From the NCBI GenBank assembly GCA_041744755.1, contig JBGTKC010000087.1:2600-66599 (forward strand): a stretch of 64,000 nt of DNA. The letters run 5' to 3'. Position numbers and translations under genes: made by a program. The stretch's first letter is position 1; each line of letters starts with the position of its first letter. The DNA comes from Saprospiraceae bacterium (GTDB lineage Bacteria; Bacteroidota; Bacteroidia; Chitinophagales; Saprospiraceae). Shown here one piece after another: positions 18,100 to 27,532 of this stretch. The notes beneath the pieces were generated by a model. It ran no database searches and was not told the DNA's origin. It saw nothing but the letters and a program-made list of their open reading frames with translations.

Positions 18100-19428
18100 A
18101 TGCAGGTATTGGTAATGATCGCGCAGCTGACGCTGAGCCTATCGATTTTAGTCGTCCTCCATGAGCTCGGCCACTTCTTCCCGGCCAAATGGTTCGGGTG
18201 TCGCGTCGAGAAATTCTACCTCTTTTTCGACCCCTATTTTTCGCTGTTCAAGAAAAAGATCGGCGAGACGGAATGGGGCGTGGGCTGGCTCCCGCTCGGG
18301 GGTTACGTCAAGATCAGCGGCATGATCGACGAGTCCATGGACATGGAACAGATGGCCGGCCCACCGCAGCCCCACGAGTTCCGCTCCAAGCCGGCTTGGC
18401 AGCGCCTCATCATCATGCTCGGCGGGGTGACGGTCAACTTCATTCTCGGCTTCTTGATCTTCGCCGGCATGCTCTTCTACTGGGGCACGGACGTCATCCG
18501 CACCGAGGACGCCGTCCAAGGGATTTACGCCGAGGAACTCGGCGAACTCTACGGACTCCAGACCGGCGACCGAGTCCTCGCGATCGACGATGTCGAGCTC
18601 ACGGAATTCGGTGACCAGACCGTTCGCGCGGAGGTGCTCTTCAATGCGGCTCGAAATCTCAAGGTCCGCCGCGGCAGCGAGGATTTGGCCATTGTACTTC
18701 CGGACTCCCTCCAGCGCAACCTAGGTAAGGAGAGCTACAAGAACAGGCGGCTGTACTCGCTACCGCTTGTCCCGCTCATCGACTCCCTCATCCCGGAGTC
18801 CCCCGCCGATAGCGCTGGTCTGCGCAAGGGCGACCTAATCCTTGCGTTGAACAACGTCCCGGTGGCGTACCACCAGGACGTGGTGAAGTACGTGGCGGCT
18901 CTCGAGCCCCGCGGACTACTCAACGTGACAGCGCTACGTGGTAGTGACACCGTGCAGGTACCGCTCCTGCTCTCGAATCAAAAGACGATCGGTTACGGGC
19001 CTTCTCTCGATGGGCAATACACGATTACTCACCAGGATTACAGCGTCGCCGAGGCCATTCCGGCGGGGATCGCGTCCGGTTTGGACAAGCTCGCCAAACA
19101 AGGCCAGGCTGTGACACAGATGTTCCGCCGCAACATCGACGCCGGAGATTCAGTAGGGAGCTTCATCAGCATGGGTAAAGCCTTTGGGGGCGTGTGGAAC
19201 TGGCAGAGTTTCTGGGGGCTCACGGGTCTGCTCTCGCTCATCCTCGCGGTGATGAACATCCTCCCGATCCCCGCGCTCGACGGTGGGCACGTCATGTTCT
19301 TGCTCTACGAGGTCGTCACCGGCCGCAAGCCCAGCGACAAGTTCATGCAGTACGCGACGACCTTCGGTTTCGGGATCGTCCTGATGCTCATGGCCTTTGC
19401 GCTGTACAATGACATTCGCAAGCTTTAG
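18100..19428 (+). CDS. rseP: RIP metalloprotease RseP (site-2 protease)
   Basis: HELGHF zinc motif in TM1, PDZ region, C-terminal NILPIPALDGGH motif. Confidence 0.9.
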   Translation: MQVLVMIAQLTLSLSILVVLHELGHFFPAKWFGCRVEKFYLFFDPYFSLFKKKIGETEWGVGWLPLGGYVKISGMIDESMDMEQMAGPPQPHEFRSKPAWQRLIIMLGGVTVNFILGFLIFAGMLFYWGTDVIRTEDAVQGIYAEELGELYGLQTGDRVLAIDDVELTEFGDQTVRAEVLFNAARNLKVRRGSEDLAIVLPDSLQRNLGKESYKNRRLYSLPLVPLIDSLIPESPADSAGLRKGDLILALNNVPVAYHQDVVKYVAALEPRGLLNVTALRGSDTVQVPLLLSNQKTIGYGPSLDGQYTITHQDYSVAEAIPAGIASGLDKLAKQGQAVTQMFRRNIDAGDSVGSFISMGKAFGGVWNWQSFWGLTGLLSLILAVMNILPIPALDGGHVMFLLYEVVTGRKPSDKFMQYATTFGFGIVLMLMAFALYNDIRKL

Positions 19429-19644
19429 GCCGGCGAATGGGTACAGGAGGGCTTTCTAGCCATGAGCCCGACGCCCCGAAAGCGCTTCCAACGCGTGGTA
19501 GCAAGTCTTGACGACTGGCTCAAGTAGCCCATTCTCGCTACGGGACTCGGCGCCGCGGCAGAGTTGACTTTCGCCGCCTGTGTCGCCCTTGGCACAACTC
19601 CCCACCCCACTACGGCGTAATTTCGCGAACGAACTGAAGTTAGG

Positions 19645-20745
19645 ATGAGCAAGCGAGGTAAAGTTTTGGTCGCGATGAGCGGTGGTATCGACTCTACGGT
19701 TACGGCCATGATGCTGCACGATCAGGGCTACGAGATCATCGGGATCACGATGAAGACCTGGGACTACGCCAATTCAGGGGGCTCGCGTAAGGAGACGGGG
19801 TGCTGTAGCCTCGACTCCATCAACGACGCACGTAGCGTGGCCGTCGACATGGGCTTCCCCCATTACATCGTCGACATCCGGGAGGAGTTCGGCGACCACG
19901 TCATCGATGATTTCGTATCGGAGTATATGGCTGGTCGCACCCCGAACCCGTGCGTGATGTGCAATACGCACATCAAGTGGAGTGCGCTGCTGAAGCGTGC
20001 CGACGCGATGGACTGCGAGTTCATCGCCACCGGTCACTACGCGACGGTACACGAGCACCGCGACCGCCGCTACGTCCGCCGCTCTGCGGACCGCAATAAG
20101 GACCAGAGCTACGTGTTGTGGGGGCTCTCGCAAGAGTGTCTCGCGCGGACGCAGTTCCCGCTCGGACACCTCACCAAGCCAGAGGTCAGGCAACTGGCAG
20201 CCGACTACGGCTACCTGGAATTGTCGCAGAAGGCTGAGAGCTTTGAGATCTGCTTCGTGCCCGACAACGACTATCGCGGTTTCCTCAAGCGCCGCGTCGA
20301 CGGTCTCGAGGCGCGTGTGGCGGGCGGGCTTTTCGTCGATCAGGAGGGCAACGTAATAGGTAGACACGAAGGCTATCCCTTCTATACGATCGGACAACGC
20401 AAGGGATTAGGGGTAGGCTTCGGCGAGCCGATGTACGTAACGGACATCCTGCCAGGTGTCAACGAGGTGCGCCTAGGTCGCCAGGAGGACCTCATCCGCA
20501 ACGGGATGACCGTCGGCCAGGTCAATCTCCAGAAGTACGCCAACCTGCCGCAGGGCTACGAAGCCAGCGTCAAGGTTCGCTACCGTGACCCGGGCACCCT
20601 TGGCGAAATCGTCCAGCGCAACGAGCACCAGATTGACGTCAGCTTCCTCGCTAACGTGGGTGGCATAGCGCCGGGCCAATCCGCGGTCATCTACGAGGGC
20701 GATGATGTGGTGGGCGGCGGGATCATCCAAGCCTCCAGGAAATGA
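19645..20745 (+). CDS. mnmA: tRNA 2-thiouridine(34) synthase
   Basis: PP-loop VLVAMSGGIDSTV, catalytic NPCVMCN, DQSYVLW motif. Confidence 0.95.
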   Translation: MSKRGKVLVAMSGGIDSTVTAMMLHDQGYEIIGITMKTWDYANSGGSRKETGCCSLDSINDARSVAVDMGFPHYIVDIREEFGDHVIDDFVSEYMAGRTPNPCVMCNTHIKWSALLKRADAMDCEFIATGHYATVHEHRDRRYVRRSADRNKDQSYVLWGLSQECLARTQFPLGHLTKPEVRQLAADYGYLELSQKAESFEICFVPDNDYRGFLKRRVDGLEARVAGGLFVDQEGNVIGRHEGYPFYTIGQRKGLGVGFGEPMYVTDILPGVNEVRLGRQEDLIRNGMTVGQVNLQKYANLPQGYEASVKVRYRDPGTLGEIVQRNEHQIDVSFLANVGGIAPGQSAVIYEGDDVVGGGIIQASRK

Positions 20746-21470
20746 CGACGCTCAAACGGCTCGCCTGGGGACTCGTTTTGGCGACAGCCCTCTGGTCGTG
20801 TGAGAAAGAGCCAACCGTACTTGCGCCCGGCCCTGAGCTAAGCGACTACTTGCTCTCGGACGAAAGCGGGTCCGAGGGAATCCGATTTCAGGTGGACAGC
20901 ACGCTGTACGACCCTGTGGCCGGCGGGACCTCCGTACGGGTGAACTCTCAGGTCTGGACCCTCGACCCCGTTGACGCCGAGGAGGCAGGCGAGCGACTAT
21001 TCCTCGTCTCCAAGCGAGACAGCTTAGGCGCGAGGGGGCAACAGTTTTGGCGCTGGAGTGAGCTCGCCGACGGCGCCGGCATTACCCACACGCTCGGCGG
21101 AGTCACGTATCTGAGCCTCACCCGCCCCTTCACCGTGGGTTCGCAGTGGAACGCCCTGGCGTTCGCGAGTCCTTCCCTCGTAGTCTCGGTCGAGGGGGAG
21201 CCCGTGGCCATTCACAAAGACTGGGGCGCGAGCATAGATAGTACCGGCACATATCCACTGTCGAATGGCAAGGCCGTTGACGCGGTCTGGGTCTCGCACG
21301 CTAGCTCCGAAAACCGCATCGAGCTGAGACGCGTGCGCGAGGTCTACGGCAAGGGGTACGGCCTCCTCGAACGTCGGATGGACATTCTCGACTCCCAAGA
21401 TCTACGGGACCTCCCCTGGGAACAGAAGGCGCAACGTGGATTCAGTCTCACGATGAAGCGACTACTTTGA
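20742..21470 (+). CDS. Hypothetical lipoprotein
   Basis: ATGA overlap with mnmA. LATALWSCEKEP lipobox. No family recognised. Confidence 0.6.
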   Translation: MTTLKRLAWGLVLATALWSCEKEPTVLAPGPELSDYLLSDESGSEGIRFQVDSTLYDPVAGGTSVRVNSQVWTLDPVDAEEAGERLFLVSKRDSLGARGQQFWRWSELADGAGITHTLGGVTYLSLTRPFTVGSQWNALAFASPSLVVSVEGEPVAIHKDWGASIDSTGTYPLSNGKAVDAVWVSHASSENRIELRRVREVYGKGYGLLERRMDILDSQDLRDLPWEQKAQRGFSLTMKRLL

Positions 21471-21991
21471 TGGACGAGCTCGTAGAGATCGGCAACGTCC
21501 GTAAGGCGCACGGCTACGCCGGTGAGCTTAAACTGACGGTGTTCGAGGGCCACGAGGACGATGTCGAGGCCGTAGACTTCCTTTTTATCGGCAGGAGCCC
21601 AGCCACGGCACTACCCTACGAAATAATAGGATTGCGTGGCGCGGACTGGATCTGCAGACTCGAGGGCATCGGGTCCAAAGAGGCGGCCGCCGAGATTCGC
21701 GGGATGCCGATTTTCCTTAAGCGCTCGCAAGTGAGTGACACTCCCATTCTCCAGGCGCAGGCCGCATCCGCTGAATTTCAGCGCTTCGTCGGTTTCGCGT
21801 TGATCGATACGGAACGGGGGGAGATCGGTCAGATCAGGCAAATTGACGACTACTCGCTGCAGACCTTAGCCAAAGTGCACGGAGACGGGCGCGAATTCTT
21901 GATTCCCATGACCCAAGATTTCATTCGTGGGGTGGACTTCGTGAAGAAGATCGTCTTCATGGAGCTGCCCGACGGGCTACTCGAACTCTAG
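21470..21991 (+). CDS. rimM: Ribosome maturation factor RimM
   Basis: IGNVRKAHGYAGELKL N-terminus (RimM beta-barrel) and a PRC-barrel C-terminus. ATG at 21470 overlaps the upstream TGA by one base. Confidence 0.85.
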   Translation: MDELVEIGNVRKAHGYAGELKLTVFEGHEDDVEAVDFLFIGRSPATALPYEIIGLRGADWICRLEGIGSKEAAAEIRGMPIFLKRSQVSDTPILQAQAASAEFQRFVGFALIDTERGEIGQIRQIDDYSLQTLAKVHGDGREFLIPMTQDFIRGVDFVKKIVFMELPDGLLEL

Positions 21992-22010
21992 GTCGGCTTA
22001 CGGAGGCCAC

Positions 22011-22025
22011 ATTTTGGCGAAAGCC
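22011..22025 (+). repeat. Copy of over-represented word GTTTTGGCGAAAGCC (14/15: ATTTTGGCGAAAGCC)
   Basis: Intergenic, between the convergent rimM and ybbR-like stops. Confidence 0.9.
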
Positions 22026-22052
22026 GCACTTCAGCTGAACCGCCGTCCGTGG

Positions 22053-23039
22053 TCACTGCGGGCCCTCGGCGCTGAGCTCGTTGCGTGCGGTTACAGCTTT
22101 AATGGTGAAGAGCTCCACGGAACGTGGCACCACCGTGGTCGTGACAGCGTAACTCGGGACCTTCCTCACGATCACCGGCAGTTCCCGAACGAATTGCTTA
22201 TTACTAGCGTCAAATTCGACCACGAGCTCAAACTCTTCAGCGTTGAGTCGCTCGTAGTCCTCGAGCCCGATCGCGCACGTGACAAGAACCTGCGAAGGGA
22301 AAATGCTCAGCGAGTCCTTACCTGCGTACCCGGTCACTTTGACGGGGACGTAGATGCTCCGCTCAGTGTATTGCTGGACGCGGAGCAGTACGCTGGTCAA
22401 CGAGGGTTCGACCTGGATGGCCCCGATGGGATCGGCGGCGATGCCGACCTTCGTGCTCAGGGAGTCCCGCAGGCCTTCGACACTCAGGGTGTCGGTGTAC
22501 CAGACCTCCAGCTCATTGATGCGGGAGCGGGGACCGGTGAGGAGCACGGAGTCGACCGAGAGACTTGCCTGCCCCGCGCCGGAGAAGCCAGGGTGATAGC
22601 CGACGACACTGCGGAGCTCAAGCGGGACGTACTTGCTGGCCAGTCGCTCAGTGCGTACTACGACTCGGGGGTTCGTGATTGCGTCTACTTGGAGGTTTTG
22701 CCCCAGGAAAGCCTCGGCGATCTCGCGCCGTAGGGAGATGATACCGTCGGGGTTTTGACGCAAGTCTATACTGTCGATCATAATACGGCGGTTGCCGCGC
22801 AGGAAATGCTCGCGCAGGAGATCCCAGCCCGTAGCCGTAACCGTGGCCTCGATACTTTTAGGTGGGTCCTGCGCGAAGGTCGAGCCAACCGGTAGTGCGT
22901 AGTCGAGTTCGATCGTCTCGGTGGTGCTGTAGCGCTCCGAGAGGCGAATAGAGCACCAGAAGATGAGGGCCGCGACGATGCAACCCACGATGGCCTTGCG
23001 GTTGACAACCTGCGGCCTACTCGTTGCTAGCCTCTCCAA
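22053..23039 (-). CDS. YbbR-like domain protein
   Basis: N-terminal TM followed by repeated beta-rich modules. Its position downstream of yajC matches the usual Bacteroidota order. The family call is from composition and context only. Confidence 0.6.
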   Translation of the reverse strand: MERLATSRPQVVNRKAIVGCIVAALIFWCSIRLSERYSTTETIELDYALPVGSTFAQDPPKSIEATVTATGWDLLREHFLRGNRRIMIDSIDLRQNPDGIISLRREIAEAFLGQNLQVDAITNPRVVVRTERLASKYVPLELRSVVGYHPGFSGAGQASLSVDSVLLTGPRSRINELEVWYTDTLSVEGLRDSLSTKVGIAADPIGAIQVEPSLTSVLLRVQQYTERSIYVPVKVTGYAGKDSLSIFPSQVLVTCAIGLEDYERLNAEEFELVVEFDASNKQFVRELPVIVRKVPSYAVTTTVVPRSVELFTIKAVTARNELSAEGPQ

Positions 23040-23343
23040 ATTTGGCGACGGTTAAGTCCCGGCTCACAGAGCCGAGGGTGAAGTCGAGGTATACGTTTTT
23101 GCCGGTCTCGACGGTGACAATGCCGTCGGCGGCGTCGATCTTCGAGACCCGTCCCACGATCCCAGAGCTGGTCACGATCCGGTCGCCGCGCTTGATGCTG
23201 GTCTGGAAGAGGTCCTGCTTCTTCTGGCGCTGGGTCTGGGGTCGGAGGATGAAGAGGTAGAATACGCCAAACATCATCACGAGCATGATGGGCGTGACGA
23301 GGTTGGGCGGGATGATGCTCTGGAGGAAGAGGGCTGCGGACAT
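23017..23343 (-). CDS. yajC: Preprotein translocase subunit YajC
   Basis: 108 aa. TM, then LRPQTQRQKKQ...GDRIVTSSGIVGRV, the YajC signature. Confidence 0.9.
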   Translation of the reverse strand: MSAALFLQSIIPPNLVTPIMLVMMFGVFYLFILRPQTQRQKKQDLFQTSIKRGDRIVTSSGIVGRVSKIDAADGIVTVETGKNVYLDFTLGSVSRDLTVAKFGEASNE

Positions 23344-23361
23344 AATCGAAGGGGCTTGGAC

Positions 23362-23880
23362 TTACTCGGCGGCGTCGACGGTGCCGACGAGCTGCAGTTG
23401 TGTAGTGTTTGGGTAGGTGTTGGCCGTCAGCGTGATCACTTTGAGCTGGGGGCCGGTCTTGCCTCGGGTGTCGAATCTCACGCCGACACTAGCGGTGTCG
23501 CCCGGGGGAATCGGCTCGCGGGGCCACGCAGGCACTGTGCAGCCGCAGGTACTGGAGGCGTGAGTGATGATGAGGGGTCGCTTGCCGGCGTTGCGGAACG
23601 TAAATCGGCGAGTCACTACCATACCTTCGTCGACGGCCCCGAACTCGTAACGGCTTTCGCCAAAACTGATTCTCGGGATCCCGACAGTGTCCAGGCTGCC
23701 GTCGCCACTGATGGGTACGCGCACGATACCAGTAGTAGCGACGGCCGCACTCCCGGACGGAACCCCGGGCTCGTCCACCCCACCCCGGCACGAGCTGCCG
23801 ATCACGCCCGCGAGCATTGCCGCGAACACTAGAGAAAGCTTGGTCCTTTCTTTGCGAAGCATTTTAAGCGTCTCGATCAC
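23362..23880 (-). CDS. DUF1573 domain protein
   Basis: FGAVDEG...FTFRNAGKRPLIITHASSTCGCTVPAWP is the DUF1573 core. The start may be the internal Met at 23862. Confidence 0.8.
   Translation of the reverse strand: MIETLKMLRKERTKLSLVFAAMLAGVIGSSCRGGVDEPGVPSGSAAVATTGIVRVPISGDGSLDTVGIPRISFGESRYEFGAVDEGMVVTRRFTFRNAGKRPLIITHASSTCGCTVPAWPREPIPPGDTASVGVRFDTRGKTGPQLKVITLTANTYPNTTQLQLVGTVDAAE
23652..23666 (-). repeat. Exact copy of GTTTTGGCGAAAGCC
   Basis: Plus strand reads GGCTTTCGCCAAAAC. Inside the DUF1573 CDS, on the mRNA-sense strand. Encodes FGES. Confidence 0.9.
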
Positions 23881-23895
23881 GGCGCGAAACTACGT

Positions 23896-24408
23896 ATGGA
23901 AAGTCCGCACATCTTCCTCGTCGGTATGATGGGCTCGGGTAAATCCACACTGGGTCGTGGGCTTGCCGCGGCTCTCGGGCTCCCGTTCCAGGACCTCGAC
24001 GAAGCCATCGAGGAGCGGACCCAGCGAACCATCGCGAGCCTCTTTGAGCGACCGGGAGAGTTTGGCTTCCGCGCCTGCGAGGCGCAAATGCTCCGCGAGC
24101 TGCCGACGCGCTTCGCGAGATCGGTCATCGCCACAGGTGGCGGGGCCCCTATGCATTTCGACAGCATGTCGTACATGATGGCCACGGGCACCACGGCGTA
24201 CCTCCGGCTGGAGATGGACGCTCTCGCCGGGCGACTCGAATCGGCTAGGGCAGAAAGGCCGCTACTGGCCAAGCCAGACTGGCGAGCATCTACCGAAGCG
24301 CTGCTCTCGCTGCGACGGAGCGTGTACGAGCGCTCGGACGTGATCGTTGATACGGGCGGCCAAACGCCGGCGGATTCGTTGAAGCTTTTGGTGACGAAAC
24401 TGAGATAG
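23896..24408 (+). CDS. aroK: Shikimate kinase
   Basis: IFLVGMMGSGKSTLGRGLA P-loop, 170 aa. Confidence 0.9.
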   Translation: MESPHIFLVGMMGSGKSTLGRGLAAALGLPFQDLDEAIEERTQRTIASLFERPGEFGFRACEAQMLRELPTRFARSVIATGGGAPMHFDSMSYMMATGTTAYLRLEMDALAGRLESARAERPLLAKPDWRASTEALLSLRRSVYERSDVIVDTGGQTPADSLKLLVTKLR

Positions 24409-24451
24409 TGCGCAGGCTAGTAGGCTGTCGCCAAAACGAGTCTCAAAAGGG

Positions 24452-25066
24452 TTAGCTGGCCTTGGCGTAAACCTTTTCCACCAGATGGGACACCTTATAG
24501 TAGTTGTATAGCCCGCTTACAACCACACCCCCGCTCGTTCCCCAATCGGTAGTGCTCCCGAACCCATGTTCTCGGCCTATGCGAAGCTCCTCTACCGACC
24601 CAACAACTAAGACGCAATCATTCGCGGCGATGTGGTGCTCCTCGACAAAACGAAGCTGCATGCTTACGAGCGCCTCGGCCACGTAAGGCGCGCCCGTCGC
24701 GGAGGCTACTACGGTGAGGCCAACGGCTGTGAATTCGCTGCTGGCCGCATCGTATTTGGCACTGGTCTGATGGAGGGCGTCGACGTATTGCTCCGAGAGG
24801 TGATTAATCGTGTACACTCTCGAGGCTTTGATGTTATCGTAGGTATGGCGATCCACGGTCAATGGGCGGAAGATGAGTCCGAGTAATGGTGGACGCGCGC
24901 CAATGTGCGTCATCGAATTGAAGACCGCGAGATTGGCAATCCCGGAAGCGCTAGTCGTCCCGACGGCTACGGGACTACGCATGCCCTCAAGCCGACTGAA
25001 CCAGTCGGCGTATTCGCGGCTCGGGTAAGCGCGCCATTGCTCGGCGCGCACCAACACGTGTTCCAT
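24452..25066 (-). CDS. Flavin reductase-like (FMN-binding split-barrel) protein
   Basis: About 204 aa. The SGIANLAVFNSMTHIGARPPLLGLIFRP region resembles the flavin reductase domain. ATG at 25066. Confidence 0.65.
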   Translation of the reverse strand: MEHVLVRAEQWRAYPSREYADWFSRLEGMRSPVAVGTTSASGIANLAVFNSMTHIGARPPLLGLIFRPLTVDRHTYDNIKASRVYTINHLSEQYVDALHQTSAKYDAASSEFTAVGLTVVASATGAPYVAEALVSMQLRFVEEHHIAANDCVLVVGSVEELRIGREHGFGSTTDWGTSGGVVVSGLYNYYKVSHLVEKVYAKAS

Positions 25067-25224
25067 AGGCCGAAGGTACCGGTGGCGGGCGTGAGTAACC
25101 CCGTGGAGCAAAGCCGGACGTACTCATGGTCGAAAGCGCATCCTGGAGGGTGCTGAGGTGTTGGTAGCTTGACACTCGGCTGCATGGCCCTTGTCTAATT
25201 TTGCGCAACAAGTAACTTAGTCCC

Positions 25225-26229
25225 ATGGCTCAGACCGCGACCGCCGCTCACGCACAGACGGCTCCACCTGATAACAACGTCGGTAACCTCGGCCACGATA
25301 AGCCACTCGAATGCGTCATCATCGGTAGTGGGCCCGCTGGATATACCGCGGCGATCTACGCCGCGCGTGCGGGTCTGAAGCCAGTGCTTTATACAGGGCA
25401 AGAGCCCGGAGGCCAACTCATGATCACCACCGACGTCGAGAACTACCCCGGCTACCCCGAGGGCATTATGGGCCCGGAGATGATGATGAACTTTCAAAAG
25501 CAGGCCGAGCGCTTCGGGACGGACGTGCGGTATGACCTCATCGACCGCGTCGATTTCAGCGGGCCGGTTCACAGGATCTTCGCATCCGGCGGGGACGAAA
25601 TCCACGCGCACACGGTAATCGTATCGACCGGCGCCAGCGCCAAATGGCTTGGGCTCCCGAGTGAACAACGACTTACGAATCACGGCGTGAGCGCCTGCGC
25701 GGTCTGCGACGGCTTTTTCTTCAAAGGTCAACACGTGGCCGTCGTCGGCGGCGGCGATACAGCCGCCGAGGAGGCTAGCTACCTCGCGAAACTCTGTCCG
25801 CAGGTCCACCTCATCGTGCGCCGCGACGAGATGCGCGCTTCGAAGATTATGCAGAAGCGCATTATGGACCTCCCCAACGTCACCGTTCACTGGAACACCG
25901 AAACGGACGAGATCCTCGGCGAGGACCAGGTGACGGGCGTGCGACTCAAGAACAGACTCACGGGGGAGCTTACCGAGTTGCCGATCGCAGGTTTCTTCGT
26001 GGCCATCGGGCATAAGCCCAACACCGAGATCTTCACAGACTGGTTGAACATGTTCGACAACGGCTACCTCAAGGTGGTGCCGGGTACGGCCAAGACCAAC
26101 GTCGAAGGTGTGTTCGTCTGCGGGGATGCGGCCGATCAGCACTACCGACAGGCCGTGACGGCCGCGGGGACGGGTTGCATGGCGGCGCTCGATGCCGAGC
26201 GGTACCTGGTAGCCAAGGAGTTGGCTTAA
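25225..26229 (+). CDS. trxB: Thioredoxin-disulfide reductase
   Basis: GSGPAGYTAAIYAAR FAD fold, redox CAVCDG, NADPH fold VVGGGDTAAEEA. Confidence 0.95.
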   Translation: MAQTATAAHAQTAPPDNNVGNLGHDKPLECVIIGSGPAGYTAAIYAARAGLKPVLYTGQEPGGQLMITTDVENYPGYPEGIMGPEMMMNFQKQAERFGTDVRYDLIDRVDFSGPVHRIFASGGDEIHAHTVIVSTGASAKWLGLPSEQRLTNHGVSACAVCDGFFFKGQHVAVVGGGDTAAEEASYLAKLCPQVHLIVRRDEMRASKIMQKRIMDLPNVTVHWNTETDEILGEDQVTGVRLKNRLTGELTELPIAGFFVAIGHKPNTEIFTDWLNMFDNGYLKVVPGTAKTNVEGVFVCGDAADQHYRQAVTAAGTGCMAALDAERYLVAKELA

Positions 26230-26353
26230 CGCTCGACGCGCGGTCGGACTGTCGGCTGTGCAATTACATTCGCGGCACTGTCGTGCGGCCGTCGGAATGC
26301 GACATGAGCGCGCGGCCGGCGATCCACATTAACCTTTGTTCGACTAGACCCTT

Positions 26354-27439
26354 ATGGCCACCCGCACCCGCACCCGCTTCCGCCCCGGCGTCCTCTCCGG
26401 AGATGACGTCACAGAGCTCCTCAACTACGCCAACGAGAACCAGTTCGCCATGCCGGCGGTCAACGTGGTCGGGACCAATAGTATTAATGCCGTACTCGAG
26501 ACCGCGGCGGCCGTCAAGAGCCCGGTCATTATCCAACTCTCCAACGGGGGGGCCAACTTTTACGCCGGCAAGTCACTCGACAACGGTCAGCAGCAGGCCG
26601 CTGTCGTCGGCGCCATCAGCGCCGCCATCCACGTGCACACGGTCGCCAAGCTCTACGGCGTGACCGTCTTACTCCACACCGACCACTGCGCCAAGAACCT
26701 CCTCCCCTGGATGGACGGCCTCGTAGATGCTAACCAGATGTTCCACGAGCAGCGCGGATACCCGCTGTTCAGTTCCCACATGCTCGACCTGAGCGAGGAG
26801 CCGCTCGAAGAGAACATCGAAACCTGCGTTAAGTACTTCGAGAAAATGTCTCCGCTCGGGATAACCCTCGAGATCGAACTCGGCGTGACCGGTGGCGAGG
26901 AGGACGGCGTCGACAACACCGACGTCGACTCGAGCCGCCTTTACACCCAGCCCGAGGAAGTAGCAGCTTTCTACGAGGCGCTTTCCAAGGTGAGCGACCG
27001 CTTTACGATTGCCGCGGCCTTCGGTAACGTTCACGGCGTCTACAAGCCCGGCAACGTGTCGCTGAGGCCCGAGATCCTCAAAAACTCACAAGAGTTCGTC
27101 CGCGAGAAATTCGGTACCGAGAAGGCCAACCCAGTCAATTTCGTCTTCCACGGCGGGTCTGGCTCCTCGCAGGAGGAGATCCGCGAGGCCATTAGCTACG
27201 GCGCGGTCAAGATGAACATCGACACCGATATGCAGTGGGCGATGTGGGACGGCGTGCGCGCTTACGAGCACAAGCACCGCGACTACCTCCAGGGCCAGAT
27301 CGGCAACCCCGACGGCGAGGAGAAGCCAAATAAAAAACAGTACGACCCCCGCGCCTGGCTACGCGCCGGCGAGCAGACGAGTGTCACGCGTCTGAAGCAA
27401 GCATTCGAGGACTTGAATTGTATCCAGAAGAACGTATAG
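26354..27439 (+). CDS. fbaA: Class II fructose-bisphosphate aldolase
   Basis: 361 aa. FAMPAVNVVGTNS, HTDHC, LEIELGVTGGEEDGV, FHGGSGS motifs. Confidence 0.95.
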   Translation: MATRTRTRFRPGVLSGDDVTELLNYANENQFAMPAVNVVGTNSINAVLETAAAVKSPVIIQLSNGGANFYAGKSLDNGQQQAAVVGAISAAIHVHTVAKLYGVTVLLHTDHCAKNLLPWMDGLVDANQMFHEQRGYPLFSSHMLDLSEEPLEENIETCVKYFEKMSPLGITLEIELGVTGGEEDGVDNTDVDSSRLYTQPEEVAAFYEALSKVSDRFTIAAAFGNVHGVYKPGNVSLRPEILKNSQEFVREKFGTEKANPVNFVFHGGSGSSQEEIREAISYGAVKMNIDTDMQWAMWDGVRAYEHKHRDYLQGQIGNPDGEEKPNKKQYDPRAWLRAGEQTSVTRLKQAFEDLNCIQKNV

Positions 27440-27467
27440 AATGGAGTTTTTTAATTGTCGAAGGGTT

Positions 27468-27521
27468 GAATTGTTGAGTGCACTGTACCGCGAATTCATC
27501 AGTTCAAACCCTCAACAATTC
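27468..27521. terminator. Weak hairpin between convergent fbaA and leuS
   Basis: 11-bp stem GAATTGTTGAG / CTCAACAATTC with a long 32-nt loop in an AT-richer spacer. Confidence 0.3.
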
Positions 27522-27532
27522 CACAATCGACC

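Noticed and set aside
19429-19644. 216-nt rseP-mnmA spacer examined for a non-coding RNA (SRP, 6S, riboswitch).
   Set aside because: I found no motif I can recognise and only short 5-bp stems. It is probably an ordinary promoter/leader region. It cannot be excluded without covariance-model searches.
25195-26142. 315-aa minus-strand ORF.
   Set aside because: It is completely antisense to trxB, whose motifs are unambiguous, and it has no recognisable domain. The same reasoning applies to other long antisense ORFs, including 27974-28801 and 29120-29806 (leuS), 49032-49913 (glgX), 19774-20397 (mnmA), 44576-45208 (glycosyltransferase), 53669-54178 and 52934-53449 (treZ) and 37259-37942 (DHOase-like).
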